Below, one piece after another: positions 15,988 to 25,900 of a DNA stretch of 33,618 nucleotides. The translations under genes were made by a program, and so were the position numbers. The notes beneath the pieces are model-generated. The model was not told the DNA's origin. It saw only the letters and a program-made list of their open reading frames with translations, and searched no databases. The stretch spans positions 1 to 33,618 of the IMG/VR virus record IMGVR_UViG_3300048598_000369; one strand, given 5' to 3'. Origin of the DNA: a virus (lineage: Duplodnaviria; Caudoviricetes). How positions within the stretch are numbered: the stretch's first letter is position 1; each line of letters begins with the position of its first letter.

Positions 15988-17591
15988 GCGTCGCTGATCC
16001 AGCCTTCACAATCTATTTAGGACCTACGGCAGGCGCAATTTCTCAGTCTGACGTTAAAGAATGCCTCATACATTTAGGCGGCACCAAAGAAGTAAGCAGC
16101 TGGACTCTGAAACTCTACAATTTTAACGGCAAATATACCCAGAGTGGCGCTCAACCGATCGCTTTAGGGGAAGATGGCTATATTGACTTGGGTAGAGGCG
16201 GCACGGTTCCCAGACTTATAACAACTAGAACTGAAGGCATCCGCTATGAATCAACGCCACAAGAAAACTATATCATAATTTCGGGTAGGTGTTGGGGAGA
16301 AAAACTTTTCAGATACAAATTCACCGGCACTTTTCTAGCCTACAAAGGCGAAGCAATAATCATACGTTTGCTTGATTATTACGCAGGCTTGAGTCATAAT
16401 CGTTCAGGCACTGAACTTGTGGAAACAACTGACACAACCTTTAACGAAATGGTAAATGATGACAGTGACGTTTTTGAGGTGATTCAAAAAGTTGCTGAGG
16501 CAAGCGATAAAGCAGGCGTCATCGGCTACGATTTCCGTGTGGCGCCTGATGGAAAATTTGAGTTTTTCCAAAGAGGCTCAAAAACTTGCAGTGTAAACTT
16601 AATTGACAAAATTGAAAATAGCAAAATCGAGCTAGACATTTTTAGGGTCAGAAATAAAGTAACCATTAAGGGCGCTCCATTAAGAAGCTCTCCCTATGAT
16701 AAAGACGAAACAGTGGAAAGCTTAACGCCTGCAAGCGGCACTTGGTATTGTGTAGCAGGCGACAGCCAAAGCGTTGATGGCACAGTTCTTTTTGGCAATG
16801 CTTCCGGTAGCATCAAAAACAGTACAGGCGTCAACTATTTTGGAGCTGAACAGCTCGTTTTCAATACTCCAGTTGATTGTGATACTTACCCGATTCTGTT
16901 TCTTGCATTATTAAGAGGCTCAGCTTTGACTGGTCCTTTTCATATAGTAATTTTTGATAGCGGTGGGCATCAGGCCAGTAAAACAGTGGAAAATGTTGAT
17001 TCGATTGCTTGGTCTGTCTTTAAGCTAAATGTTGGCTTAAAATATAATGATGAATGGGCAATTTCAGCAGGCATTACTTTTGACTGGAAACAGGTAACGG
17101 CGGTGCGTGTAATTGGTTATACTGATGCTTCACATACGGCAAGTTATTTCTGGATAGGTCAATGCTACTTTACAGGCGCCAGATACTATTCAAACCAACA
17201 AGACGCCGCCAGCCAAGCAATCTATGGACTACGAGAATTAGTCGATATTGACGAGGAACTTTATGGCGATGATGAATGTGAACTCAGGGCAAAAGCGCTT
17301 TTAGCCTACTATAAAGACCCTTCAACAAACCTTGAAGTTTCAAGCACAGTTCTGGATTACGGAAGCACTCCGCCCAACCATGGAGAAATGATACCAATCA
17401 CTTTGCCAAATGAGGGCATATCAGCCGTAGATTTCCGCATCAACTGGGCAGAATACCACTATTTAGCAGACACCAACATTTTAGAAATAACCCTAAACTT
17501 GGGAAAAGAACCCCAATTACTGGCTGACTACGTGTATGCTTTGAAGGCTAAAACAAGCGCAAATACCCGTTACAAAATTTCAACACGCTAA
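15984..17591 (+). CDS. Baseplate hub/Tal-like tail-tip protein with inserted carbohydrate-binding-like domain
   Basis: WTLKLYN..G, IISGRCW, GYDFRVAPDGKFEFF, VRNKVTIKG, SQAIYGLRE and EITLNLG hub motifs; internal beta-sandwich (about residues 240-400). Confidence 0.75.
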   Translation: MSVADPAFTIYLGPTAGAISQSDVKECLIHLGGTKEVSSWTLKLYNFNGKYTQSGAQPIALGEDGYIDLGRGGTVPRLITTRTEGIRYESTPQENYIIISGRCWGEKLFRYKFTGTFLAYKGEAIIIRLLDYYAGLSHNRSGTELVETTDTTFNEMVNDDSDVFEVIQKVAEASDKAGVIGYDFRVAPDGKFEFFQRGSKTCSVNLIDKIENSKIELDIFRVRNKVTIKGAPLRSSPYDKDETVESLTPASGTWYCVAGDSQSVDGTVLFGNASGSIKNSTGVNYFGAEQLVFNTPVDCDTYPILFLALLRGSALTGPFHIVIFDSGGHQASKTVENVDSIAWSVFKLNVGLKYNDEWAISAGITFDWKQVTAVRVIGYTDASHTASYFWIGQCYFTGARYYSNQQDAASQAIYGLRELVDIDEELYGDDECELRAKALLAYYKDPSTNLEVSSTVLDYGSTPPNHGEMIPITLPNEGISAVDFRINWAEYHYLADTNILEITLNLGKEPQLLADYVYALKAKTSANTRYKISTR

Positions 17592-17739
17592 ACTTCCTAA
17601 AGTCTTAAAAATAAACAAGACAGATAACCATTTGGTGAGGAGAGCCTGTGAAGCAGTTTAGAGGACATCCTTTCCCTTTCCAGAGGATATGAAGTTGATG
17701 CTTTTTAGATTGACGGAGTAGGAACAGACTCACCATAAT

Positions 17740-18429
17740 TTAGGGTAACCCAAGAAATGTTTTGGTAACATCGGTTATTATTACTTCATTATTACCATTT
17801 AATTGGTAAGCAAGAACCATTTTGTAACGATTTCCATTTGCATCAAAGAAGCGCAAATCATTATTTATGAAGTCAGTCCATAGCTGATTAATTGTTTTTC
17901 CTTCATCAAGGTTATTGCATATACCTGCAACTTCTATGGTTACCCATGTCTTATTATCAAAAGACGGGTTAACTTGTATCCATGAATGATCAACAATCCC
18001 TGTTTCGTAATAGCCAACTTTGATTACTCTAAATGGAATATCTTGAGCAACACAAAACGCTGCATAAACCCAAACATGCTCACCGCAAGCGCCCAGACCA
18101 TTTTTCAAAACCTGGGTGACATTTTCATAGGGTGGTCTATCGTATGACCAGTTAATGTGTTTGCTTTCCCAAACTAATCCTTCTGTAAAATTCATCTTTC
18201 CTTCTGGAAGCCAGTTTTTTAATTCTTTTTGCGTTGCATTAGAATAAAGGTTCCGCAAGTTAGCTCCATCTTTTGCGATTTTATCCCAAACAAGTCTCTG
18301 GTTTTCTTTAGCAGAGTCTTTAATAATAAAAGAAATTGCAATGCCCATTATAGCTGTTAATATTAAGGCGGTTATCACTACAGCGATTATAACTGTAAGT
18401 ATAACCTGTTTAGTTGGCATAATTATCAT
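17740..18429 (-). CDS. Membrane-anchored transglutaminase-like (papain-fold) protein
   Basis: N-terminal hydrophobic helix; GACGE (Cys), DHSWIQV (His) and WVTIE (acidic) triad arrangement. Confidence 0.8.
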   Translation of the reverse strand: MIIMPTKQVILTVIIAVVITALILTAIMGIAISFIIKDSAKENQRLVWDKIAKDGANLRNLYSNATQKELKNWLPEGKMNFTEGLVWESKHINWSYDRPPYENVTQVLKNGLGACGEHVWVYAAFCVAQDIPFRVIKVGYYETGIVDHSWIQVNPSFDNKTWVTIEVAGICNNLDEGKTINQLWTDFINNDLRFFDANGNRYKMVLAYQLNGNNEVIITDVTKTFLGLP

Positions 18430-18559
18430 TTGGTAATATGTAGTTAAAAATTAATCCTTTTTTGCTCACTTTAACAATAGTCTCCACTGTCCTCCTTTGT
18501 CTTTGCAGCAAAGATGTTATAATCAAAAACAGTTATGTTGCTTTCTGGAGAGCATTAAC

Positions 18560-18844
18560 ATGGGAAAAACTGTTCCTACATACAGAATGGCGATTGAAGC
18601 TGAAATAGCAAACTGGAAAAGCTTCCGAGACGCATTAACAAGTGAAGAAGAAAAAGCTGCGTTTGACCAAGTTATGGATTTATGCCGAGTTCAAGCTATG
18701 GCTGGAAGCAGCGCCTGCAACCCTATTCTTTTCGAGCCAATGGTAATGAGTGTGCTTTTGGGTCAACAGAAAATGATTAGAACACTTCAAAGAAAAATCG
18801 ACACCTTATTAGTAGCTAATTTACCGATAGAAAAAGATGAGTGA
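18560..18844 (+). CDS. Small helical archaeal protein (MGKTVPTYR family; resembles the PolB2-associated arCOG07300-type protein)
   Basis: MGKTVPTYRMAIEAEI..W..FRDAL..AFD..M..NP..FEPMVMSVLL; GGAG RBS before ATG 18560. The family name is from recall. Confidence 0.7.
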   Translation: MGKTVPTYRMAIEAEIANWKSFRDALTSEEEKAAFDQVMDLCRVQAMAGSSACNPILFEPMVMSVLLGQQKMIRTLQRKIDTLLVANLPIEKDE

Positions 18845-18948
18845 CAATGGGGCAAGTTTCTGTTTTCCACCCGTTGCTATAGACGTTTCTGAGAATAACT
18901 TTGGCTAACGGGAAGTAGCACGAATTTAACATTATCAGCACTTAGTTT

Positions 18949-18955
18949 TTTATAT
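18949..18955 (+). promoter_or_regulatory. TATA box for a leaderless tbp transcript
   Basis: TTTATAT ends 21 nt before ATG 18977. Confidence 0.55.
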
Positions 18956-18976
18956 CTGTACCCAGAAATAAGATGC

Positions 18977-19525
18977 ATGCCCTCTTACATAGAACCGATA
19001 ATTGTTAATGTCATCGCTTCTAGCAGGGTATCCTCTTTTATTGACGTTGAAGCATTAACAGAGAAGCTTGTTTGGGCAGAGTATAACCCAGAGGTTTTTC
19101 CCGGATTAATTCTAAAAAGACGAGGGAAACCTACTATGATCATGTTTGCAGGTGGCAAAATATCAAGCCATGGGGGAAAATCTGAGACGTCTGCAAAAGA
19201 CTCGATTTTGAAAATGTTTAAGGAACTAAAAACTCTCAACTGCATTGACCAAAACGCCACTTTGGAAGAAATCAAGATCGTAAACATAGTAGCAACGGCT
19301 AGTTTGGGTTGCGATCTGGACCTTGAAAGTGTCGTTAAAAATGTAAATAATGTAATTTATGAACCCGAGCAATTTCCAGGCCTTATTTTTAGAGACCTCA
19401 ATAACAAAGTTGTAAGCCTTATTTTTTCTAATGGTAAACTCAATTTAGTAGGTGCAAAAAGTAGTAAGAGTGTTAATGACTCGTTTAATAAAGTGAGACT
19501 AACCCTCAACAAATACTGTATTTAA
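18977..19525 (+). CDS. tbp: TATA-box-binding protein (divergent)
   Basis: Two TBP repeats: IVNVIAS..EYNPEVFPGLI..MFAGGKI..GGKS and IVNIVAT..YEPEQFPGLIFR..LIFSNGKL..GAKS. Confidence 0.95.
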   Translation: MPSYIEPIIVNVIASSRVSSFIDVEALTEKLVWAEYNPEVFPGLILKRRGKPTMIMFAGGKISSHGGKSETSAKDSILKMFKELKTLNCIDQNATLEEIKIVNIVATASLGCDLDLESVVKNVNNVIYEPEQFPGLIFRDLNNKVVSLIFSNGKLNLVGAKSSKSVNDSFNKVRLTLNKYCI

Positions 19526-22500
19526 GTGTCCGGAGAAAGATGTTGTTCGATCATTTGGATTTCTTGAGGTGCTAAGTTGAATGCTGAGTATATTACTTGG
19601 TCTATCTCCTTCATTATTTTGTTTATTTTTGTTTGCCTTAAATTGTCCAGCGGGCAATCCTCATCCTGTGTGATTGATAGAATTGAATCTACCTTTGAAA
19701 CAATTCTGTCCTGGTCTTGTTTTGCTAATGTTTTATAGGGAAGGCGAAATAGTTGAGGGGTATTAATTGAAAAAAATCCTCCACCAATACGGACAGAAGG
19801 GTTTTGAATTGAAAAAATCCATTGATAGAATGAAGAATTGAGTAATGCCAAGAGAACCTTATAATTGTTCCTTACTTTCCCACAAGCCTTTATTCCATAT
19901 ACTCCAATGAATACTGAGCCCTCGGTATCCAAGACTGCTGTTATTCTGGTATCGTTACCTCTGATTAGAATTTTTGGCACAAAACGGAAGTCTTCCCATT
20001 TTGATCGAGCAATCATACCGGAAGTATTATCAAATCTTGGTGAGCCAATTGTTATGCCGGCGGTCCGAATAGGTTTTCCATAATCAATATTATACGGAGT
20101 TAAATTTGAACAATTAATAACTTTAAGGCTATTCTTCACAGATTTGTTTGTAATATATTTTGACCATGCGTGATAATCTTTGGCTCGCGGTGTTCCACAA
20201 AAAATTTGATCTGGATTTAATATAGATGATAATGGTAGAGTTTCCGAGTAGATCCGGTCTAAGACATTTTTGTATTTTGGATCAATAAGCTCAATGAGGT
20301 TTCGTGCTGCGCATTCTTCTTGAGATAGCTCCATCTCCTCAAAGTCATTATGTATGTTTTTAATGGTATTAGCAAACCGTGCCTTAATCTTATGTGTCAT
20401 TGGAACCTTTTTAATAACTGATATCATGGGGTAAATGGCGGCATCAAAAACGTCATTAGCTCTCGAAATATCAAATAGCTGTAGTATAGAATTTTTGAAT
20501 AATAGCTCTCTTAGTCTCTGACCGTATTCTCTAACAAGATATTTGTCAGGAGTAATGTACACTAAAACGCCTTGTTCCCTAAGTAACTCTAGACCTTTTT
20601 CAAAAAATAACACGTATATGTCATAGTCTTTGTAAGCTGAATAAAAGTTATCCTTCATTTCACCTTTTAAGGCTGACTCTTGTTTGTGTATCCGCACATA
20701 TGGCGGGTTAGCAATTACAATATCAAATCCCGGTTTTTCTCTCTGAAAGACGTCTGCAAAATATAATTTCCAAAGGAAAAACGGTTTTACTCTATTTTCT
20801 TTGTATTGCTTTAGCCTATTCTTTGCATCTTCATTATTTGATTGATTGAGGCTTTCTTCTACCAAATCCCATTCAATACTTTCAACTTCTTTTCTTAATG
20901 TCGTTTTAACATTTTTTAAACAAGCAAAGAAGAACTCTTTTTGTAATTTTTTGAGTTCTGCAATTTTTCTCTGGGATTCCGCAACTTTTCGATTCATACT
21001 TTCGTCTAGTGTTAAGCTTCTCTTTGCTCCCTTTGATCTGCGAGCAATTTCGTCCCTTTTCCTTATTAACTGTTTTATTTGCTTGCCAACATCTATACTT
21101 GAATTAGAGCTTTTCCCGAGGGCAATCAATCCCCTCTCGGCCCTTAATTCGTTGATTTTATCATCCATTTGCTTGATTTCAAATGGATAACTTTCATTTC
21201 GTTGTTTCACTATATTTTCATCAAAGAGTTTAATGCCTTCAAAATTTTCAAGCAGGCTGTTTCCACACATAATTTTGAAATCGAGGTTTGGTAATGGCTG
21301 TATATTTCGCATATCTTGCTCATCCACAACCAAAGAAAGCCAAAATCTTAGTTTCGTTATTTCAACTGCAGAAGGTTCAATATCAACACCGTAAAGACAA
21401 TTTTCGATAGTTTCTCTTTTTAAGGAATAACTTGTTCTTTTTTCTTGCTCAGAAAGGTCATAATAAACAGTGAGCAACGTTCTAGCTTTTACGATTTCAT
21501 TCATCATACCAACTGGGAATGCCCCAGAACCCACTGCAGGATCGACAACCTTTATTTCCCTAAGTAGTCTGTCCAAGAGGCAATAGTTTTCCTTAATTGA
21601 AGAAGGAATAGAAATCTTGGTTGCGTCAGTCATTCCTTTTCTTATTGATTCTTCTGCCCTTATCGCATCAAATAGGGCTAAATCACTAACTTTAACGAAT
21701 TTTTCAATATCCACTTTAGGGATAAACGTATTAGTACTCAAATATTCTGTTAATGCTTGTTGGCACATATAGTGCACAACTTCTCTAGGCGTGTAAAATT
21801 CACCCTTAGATTTTCTATCAGTTACTTCTAGTAAATTCTCGAATACTTTACCTAACATTTCAGGGTCTACTGCAACCTCTTTGTCAAGAGGTTCGTCTTC
21901 TTTTACAGTAAAGTTAAACGTATCGAAGATTGAAAATATGTTCTCAAAGATTTCGTTGTCTAATGTAATGTCAAGTCCAGTCCAGTTATAGTTATTTAAT
22001 GCTTCGAATAAACCCCCATTTAAGAAGGGAATCTTACACCTAAAATACGTAGAATAATCATTATCCCTAGGAATTGCTAACGCTTCATAAAACAATGGTT
22101 CAAGTATATCGTTAAAGAAGTTACCGTAAGGAATAATCTCTTTTTTGTACAACTTTTTAAGGAAATTCTTAGGGCCACTTCCCCAAGGTTTGAACTCTCC
22201 GGATTCATCTTTCTCAACTCCTAACCATCCTTTCTTTTGAAGGAAATAAATGAATACTATTTGGCCAAGCAGGCGTTTAGTAAATTCAACAGTTGAAATG
22301 TTTTTATTTTCAAACTCTACCTTCATGTGCTTATTGGTTTTTATTTTATCTTCTAATGCCTCGTTCAGTATTAAATAAAGTTCATAATATTTTTCAAAGA
22401 ATATTTTTGTAACTTTTTCAACACTGAAAGCGTTCTCAATCGCATCTATGGAAGGCAATTCATCTCTAGTTAATAATTCAAGGAACTGCTGTTTGCATGT

Positions 22501-22977
22501 ATGATTAGGCTCATTTTTACCGACAAGATAAGAGTATCTCTTAACAGGTGTTAGTTCTGTTTCAACTTTTAGCTTTCCTGCCTCGTCTTTACTAATGTTA
22601 TACTCTAATTTTACAAAAGAAAAACGCCAATCCTCATGATCATCATCACCGTAAAAAGCAACAAGCGCAGCATCTTTGCTATAATTTGTCAAGTATTTTG
22701 CGATAAAGTTTCTTTGCATGGTTCTTGCCCTATCTCTGGAAGAAGTCCGTTTCAGTTTAACACCTAGAACATCAATTGTTTTTTTCGACATATCCGTGTA
22801 ACTTCCAAGAGAATAGGCAGACTGGACATAATCGTAGTATTCGCTCGAAATGGGGAATGTTCGCTGTTGAAGTGTAAAATCATTTAATAGTTCCATCGCA
22901 AACTTTGCCAATCGCTGATGATCATAGTCCCCACCAAATGTTCCATCTAAGATTTTTATAGCGCTTGCTTTATCCAT
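19522..22977 (-). CDS. Large N6-adenine DNA methyltransferase with C-terminal target-recognition domain (Eco57I/type IIG-like)
   Basis: FLNGGLF, LGKVFENLL, GEFYTP, DPAVGSGAF (motif I), IANPPY (motif IV) and LLALLNS (TaqI-C-like TRD). Confidence 0.92.
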   Translation of the reverse strand: MDKASAIKILDGTFGGDYDHQRLAKFAMELLNDFTLQQRTFPISSEYYDYVQSAYSLGSYTDMSKKTIDVLGVKLKRTSSRDRARTMQRNFIAKYLTNYSKDAALVAFYGDDDHEDWRFSFVKLEYNISKDEAGKLKVETELTPVKRYSYLVGKNEPNHTCKQQFLELLTRDELPSIDAIENAFSVEKVTKIFFEKYYELYLILNEALEDKIKTNKHMKVEFENKNISTVEFTKRLLGQIVFIYFLQKKGWLGVEKDESGEFKPWGSGPKNFLKKLYKKEIIPYGNFFNDILEPLFYEALAIPRDNDYSTYFRCKIPFLNGGLFEALNNYNWTGLDITLDNEIFENIFSIFDTFNFTVKEDEPLDKEVAVDPEMLGKVFENLLEVTDRKSKGEFYTPREVVHYMCQQALTEYLSTNTFIPKVDIEKFVKVSDLALFDAIRAEESIRKGMTDATKISIPSSIKENYCLLDRLLREIKVVDPAVGSGAFPVGMMNEIVKARTLLTVYYDLSEQEKRTSYSLKRETIENCLYGVDIEPSAVEITKLRFWLSLVVDEQDMRNIQPLPNLDFKIMCGNSLLENFEGIKLFDENIVKQRNESYPFEIKQMDDKINELRAERGLIALGKSSNSSIDVGKQIKQLIRKRDEIARRSKGAKRSLTLDESMNRKVAESQRKIAELKKLQKEFFFACLKNVKTTLRKEVESIEWDLVEESLNQSNNEDAKNRLKQYKENRVKPFFLWKLYFADVFQREKPGFDIVIANPPYVRIHKQESALKGEMKDNFYSAYKDYDIYVLFFEKGLELLREQGVLVYITPDKYLVREYGQRLRELLFKNSILQLFDISRANDVFDAAIYPMISVIKKVPMTHKIKARFANTIKNIHNDFEEMELSQEECAARNLIELIDPKYKNVLDRIYSETLPLSSILNPDQIFCGTPRAKDYHAWSKYITNKSVKNSLKVINCSNLTPYNIDYGKPIRTAGITIGSPRFDNTSGMIARSKWEDFRFVPKILIRGNDTRITAVLDTEGSVFIGVYGIKACGKVRNNYKVLLALLNSSFYQWIFSIQNPSVRIGGGFFSINTPQLFRLPYKTLAKQDQDRIVSKVDSILSITQDEDCPLDNLRQTKINKIMKEIDQVIYSAFNLAPQEIQMIEQHLSPDT

Positions 22978-25900
22978 TATTTATCAGATACTCCGATAGT
23001 ATAACTTCTTTTGGACCTGAGATGTCAGCTCCGCTTGTAAAGGAATTCACCTGAAATAGACTGGAGGGAATCTGGCTTTTTATTTTTGCAAGAATTTTGA
23101 GAGCGGTCGTTTCTTTTTCCACCTCTTCAACTACTCTCTTTATGGTAGCTTTGGCGATGGCGCCATCTCTTACTAAATTTAAAACTTTTTGCAAGTATTC
23201 TTCGTCGTCATCGATAAACTCCTTGGAGTTTATCACAGCTTTAATTATTTTGAAAAGCTTTGACTCCTGGCTTCTGCCTCCAGTCAACTTTGGTTGATCG
23301 TCTTCAACGGTAAAGACATCATCAAATTCTCGTTTATTGACTTCTAGAAGGCTATAATAATCGGGCGGTATAGTCTCAGACTGGATAGCCAAAGGAGTGT
23401 CGAGAATTTGCGCTGCTTTTTCCAAGTCAAGCTCTTGAACTTCACTTCCATCGGTGAGAAATACCTTTCTTAACTTACCCTTTCTAAAAAATGTTAGGAG
23501 GGACCTGGTTTTAACTTCCCTTGCCTTTGCAGCTCTTGCTTTTCTTGGTAACCGTTTAATTTTCTCAAAGAGATTGGGATCAGTGTCTCTAATTTGTCTT
23601 AGAAAAGTCAGATACTTTAATTCAGAATCGTCTTCTTTATCTTCGCCAGTTATAGTAATCTTTGAAGACAATCTAACAAAGAGATCGTGTGATTTGATTT
23701 CTTCATCCGTTAAAAGCCTAGCATCATTGCCTAGCATTTCGATGAATGCTTGTATCTTTGCTTCTGCTGCTTCCTTCAGACTAATCTCTTCGTTAATTGG
23801 ACCTGCTGGAAAGAAGTTATAAGTATAAATCATATCAAAAGGTGAGTTTTTGCTTACCCTATTTACTCGCCCAACCCTCTGCATCATACGCACTGGATTC
23901 CATGGAATGTCATAATTGATAACTACATTCGAACGGTGTAAGTTAACTCCTTCAGAGAGAATGTCAGTAGAGATTAAAATTCTAACATCGTCTTTTTGCT
24001 TGTGTTTGTTATAGGTCGCATCATAGTTTTCAATTACGATCTGCCTATCAAGCTCTGTGGAGTCACTCGAAAAAACCATGACGCTTTTTCCATATTTTTT
24101 ACCTAGTTTGTCCATAAGATAATTTGCAGTTTCCTTTGATTCTGTAAAAATTAATAACTTGCTATCGTTAAGCACCTTTTCCTTTGAGAGTTGCTCAAGG
24201 AATACATTTAATTTTGGATCGTCTTTTACCTCGTCCCACATTTTCTTAATTTTGTTTAAGAGAAGATAATCGTTTTTAAGATCCTTGATAAATTTCGGAA
24301 TGAATTCATCAGACTTATATTGAAACGCTTGTTCATTTTCAACTAATTGTTTAACCGACTCTTCGTCATCATCATCGATAAGCTCGAAAATTTTGTTAAT
24401 GTGTTTTTTGCTTACAAAGACTCTGCCCTTGCTATACTCCTCAATAAATCGCCTGTAAGAATAAAGGAACCTATCGACTGATTGGCTAAAAGCATAAAAA
24501 CTGCTCTCAAGACGTTTTAGCAGCAATATTTTCATGAATTTACCCATGTTTATTTGAGAAAGTTCTTCTGGTTGGGTAACGCCTTTTTTAAGGTATAGAA
24601 GAGGCATATACCTGGAATATTTGAATTCCTTAATGATTAACTCAAGGGTTTTATTGAATATCTTATCAGTTTTGTCAGTGAATTGATATATTACTGGTTC
24701 TGGGTTAGCAATCTCAGGAAATCGAAGGCCCTGTTTCTTTAGGTCAAGCCCATAATAGGTAATAATGCTATTTCTAGTCCGTCTAACCATTAAGTGCCTT
24801 AAGACATTGTTTCTGATTTCTTCAGCATTCTCTTTAACAATTTTAAGGTATTCCTCTTTATCCTTCTGTCGGTCCAAGTTTTTCAAGCGATTTTGCAATT
24901 TTTTGAAATATCTTTCCAAGTCTCGGACTTTAGGATTGGGGAGAGTGGATTTATGTGCACTTTGAAAAAGTTTAATCTGGCTGAGAATATCCATTGGTGT
25001 ATTATTTAAGGGGGTCGCAGTTACCAGAATGACTCGTTTTCCTCTACAAATTTCAAAAAGCTTTTCATACATTTGTGTTGATTCTGTTCTGAATCGATGC
25101 GCTTCGTCAATTATTACATTCTTGAACTTTTCTGTTCCTCTTTCGACGATTTTGTCAAGCATGCCAATTGATTCAAACTCCGCTTGTCTAACACCAAATT
25201 CAAAAAAGATGTTTCGCCAGGAGCCGGGGTTTTCTTTAGAAATAAGAAAGGGCGGGGCAATGACAAGAGTACCTCCATCTAATTGCTGAGCCAACATTGC
25301 AGTGATATAGGTTTTCCCTAATCCAACTACGTCAGAGATAAAAACCCCGCCGTATTCATCTAATTTTATTTTTGCATCTTTTACAGCGTCTTCTTGGTAT
25401 TGTAAGTCCATGAAGTTATCGGGGTAATAAGTTTTGAAAAGTTCTGTCTTATCTATGTTGATTTTTTCTTTCAAGTATTCATAGAGAAACTTCAGATAAA
25501 GCTCATATGGACTTATTTCATCATTAAGCCAGGTTTTTCGCTTAATTGTGTCAACATATTTCTGTGAAACATCTACTGAATTGTCCCAAAGTTCATTAAA
25601 CTTTTTAAGCGCATATTCGTAATCAGATCGGTCTTTTAGTTCAACGTTAAATTCAATATTTTCTTTAAGTCCTGATATTGTAAAGTTGCTCGAACCAGTA
25701 ATTATCCTGCCTTTGTCTATTGCATCATCGTTAAATGTCATAATGTATAACTTAGCATGGATGTTTTGCTCTGGATAGGCGCGTATTTCCATTTTACGGC
25801 TTTTTATCCAAGAAATGAACTTTTGTACGCCCTTTTCTACTTCAATAGAGTCCTTTGAACCATCCATTTCGCCAATAACGTTTGTACAAAAGTTTTCGGT

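Noticed and set aside
13576-17591. Contractile injection system or tailocin
   Set aside because: No sheath or baseplate wedge genes, and capsid and portal genes are present.
17633-17735. 7-bp inverted repeat TGGTGAG/CTCACCA and a 43-aa minus ORF
   Set aside because: Too short to distinguish from chance; no MITE-like target duplication seen.
18497-18559. TTG start extension given in the ORF track
   Set aside because: The RBS and the family-like N-terminus point to ATG 18560.
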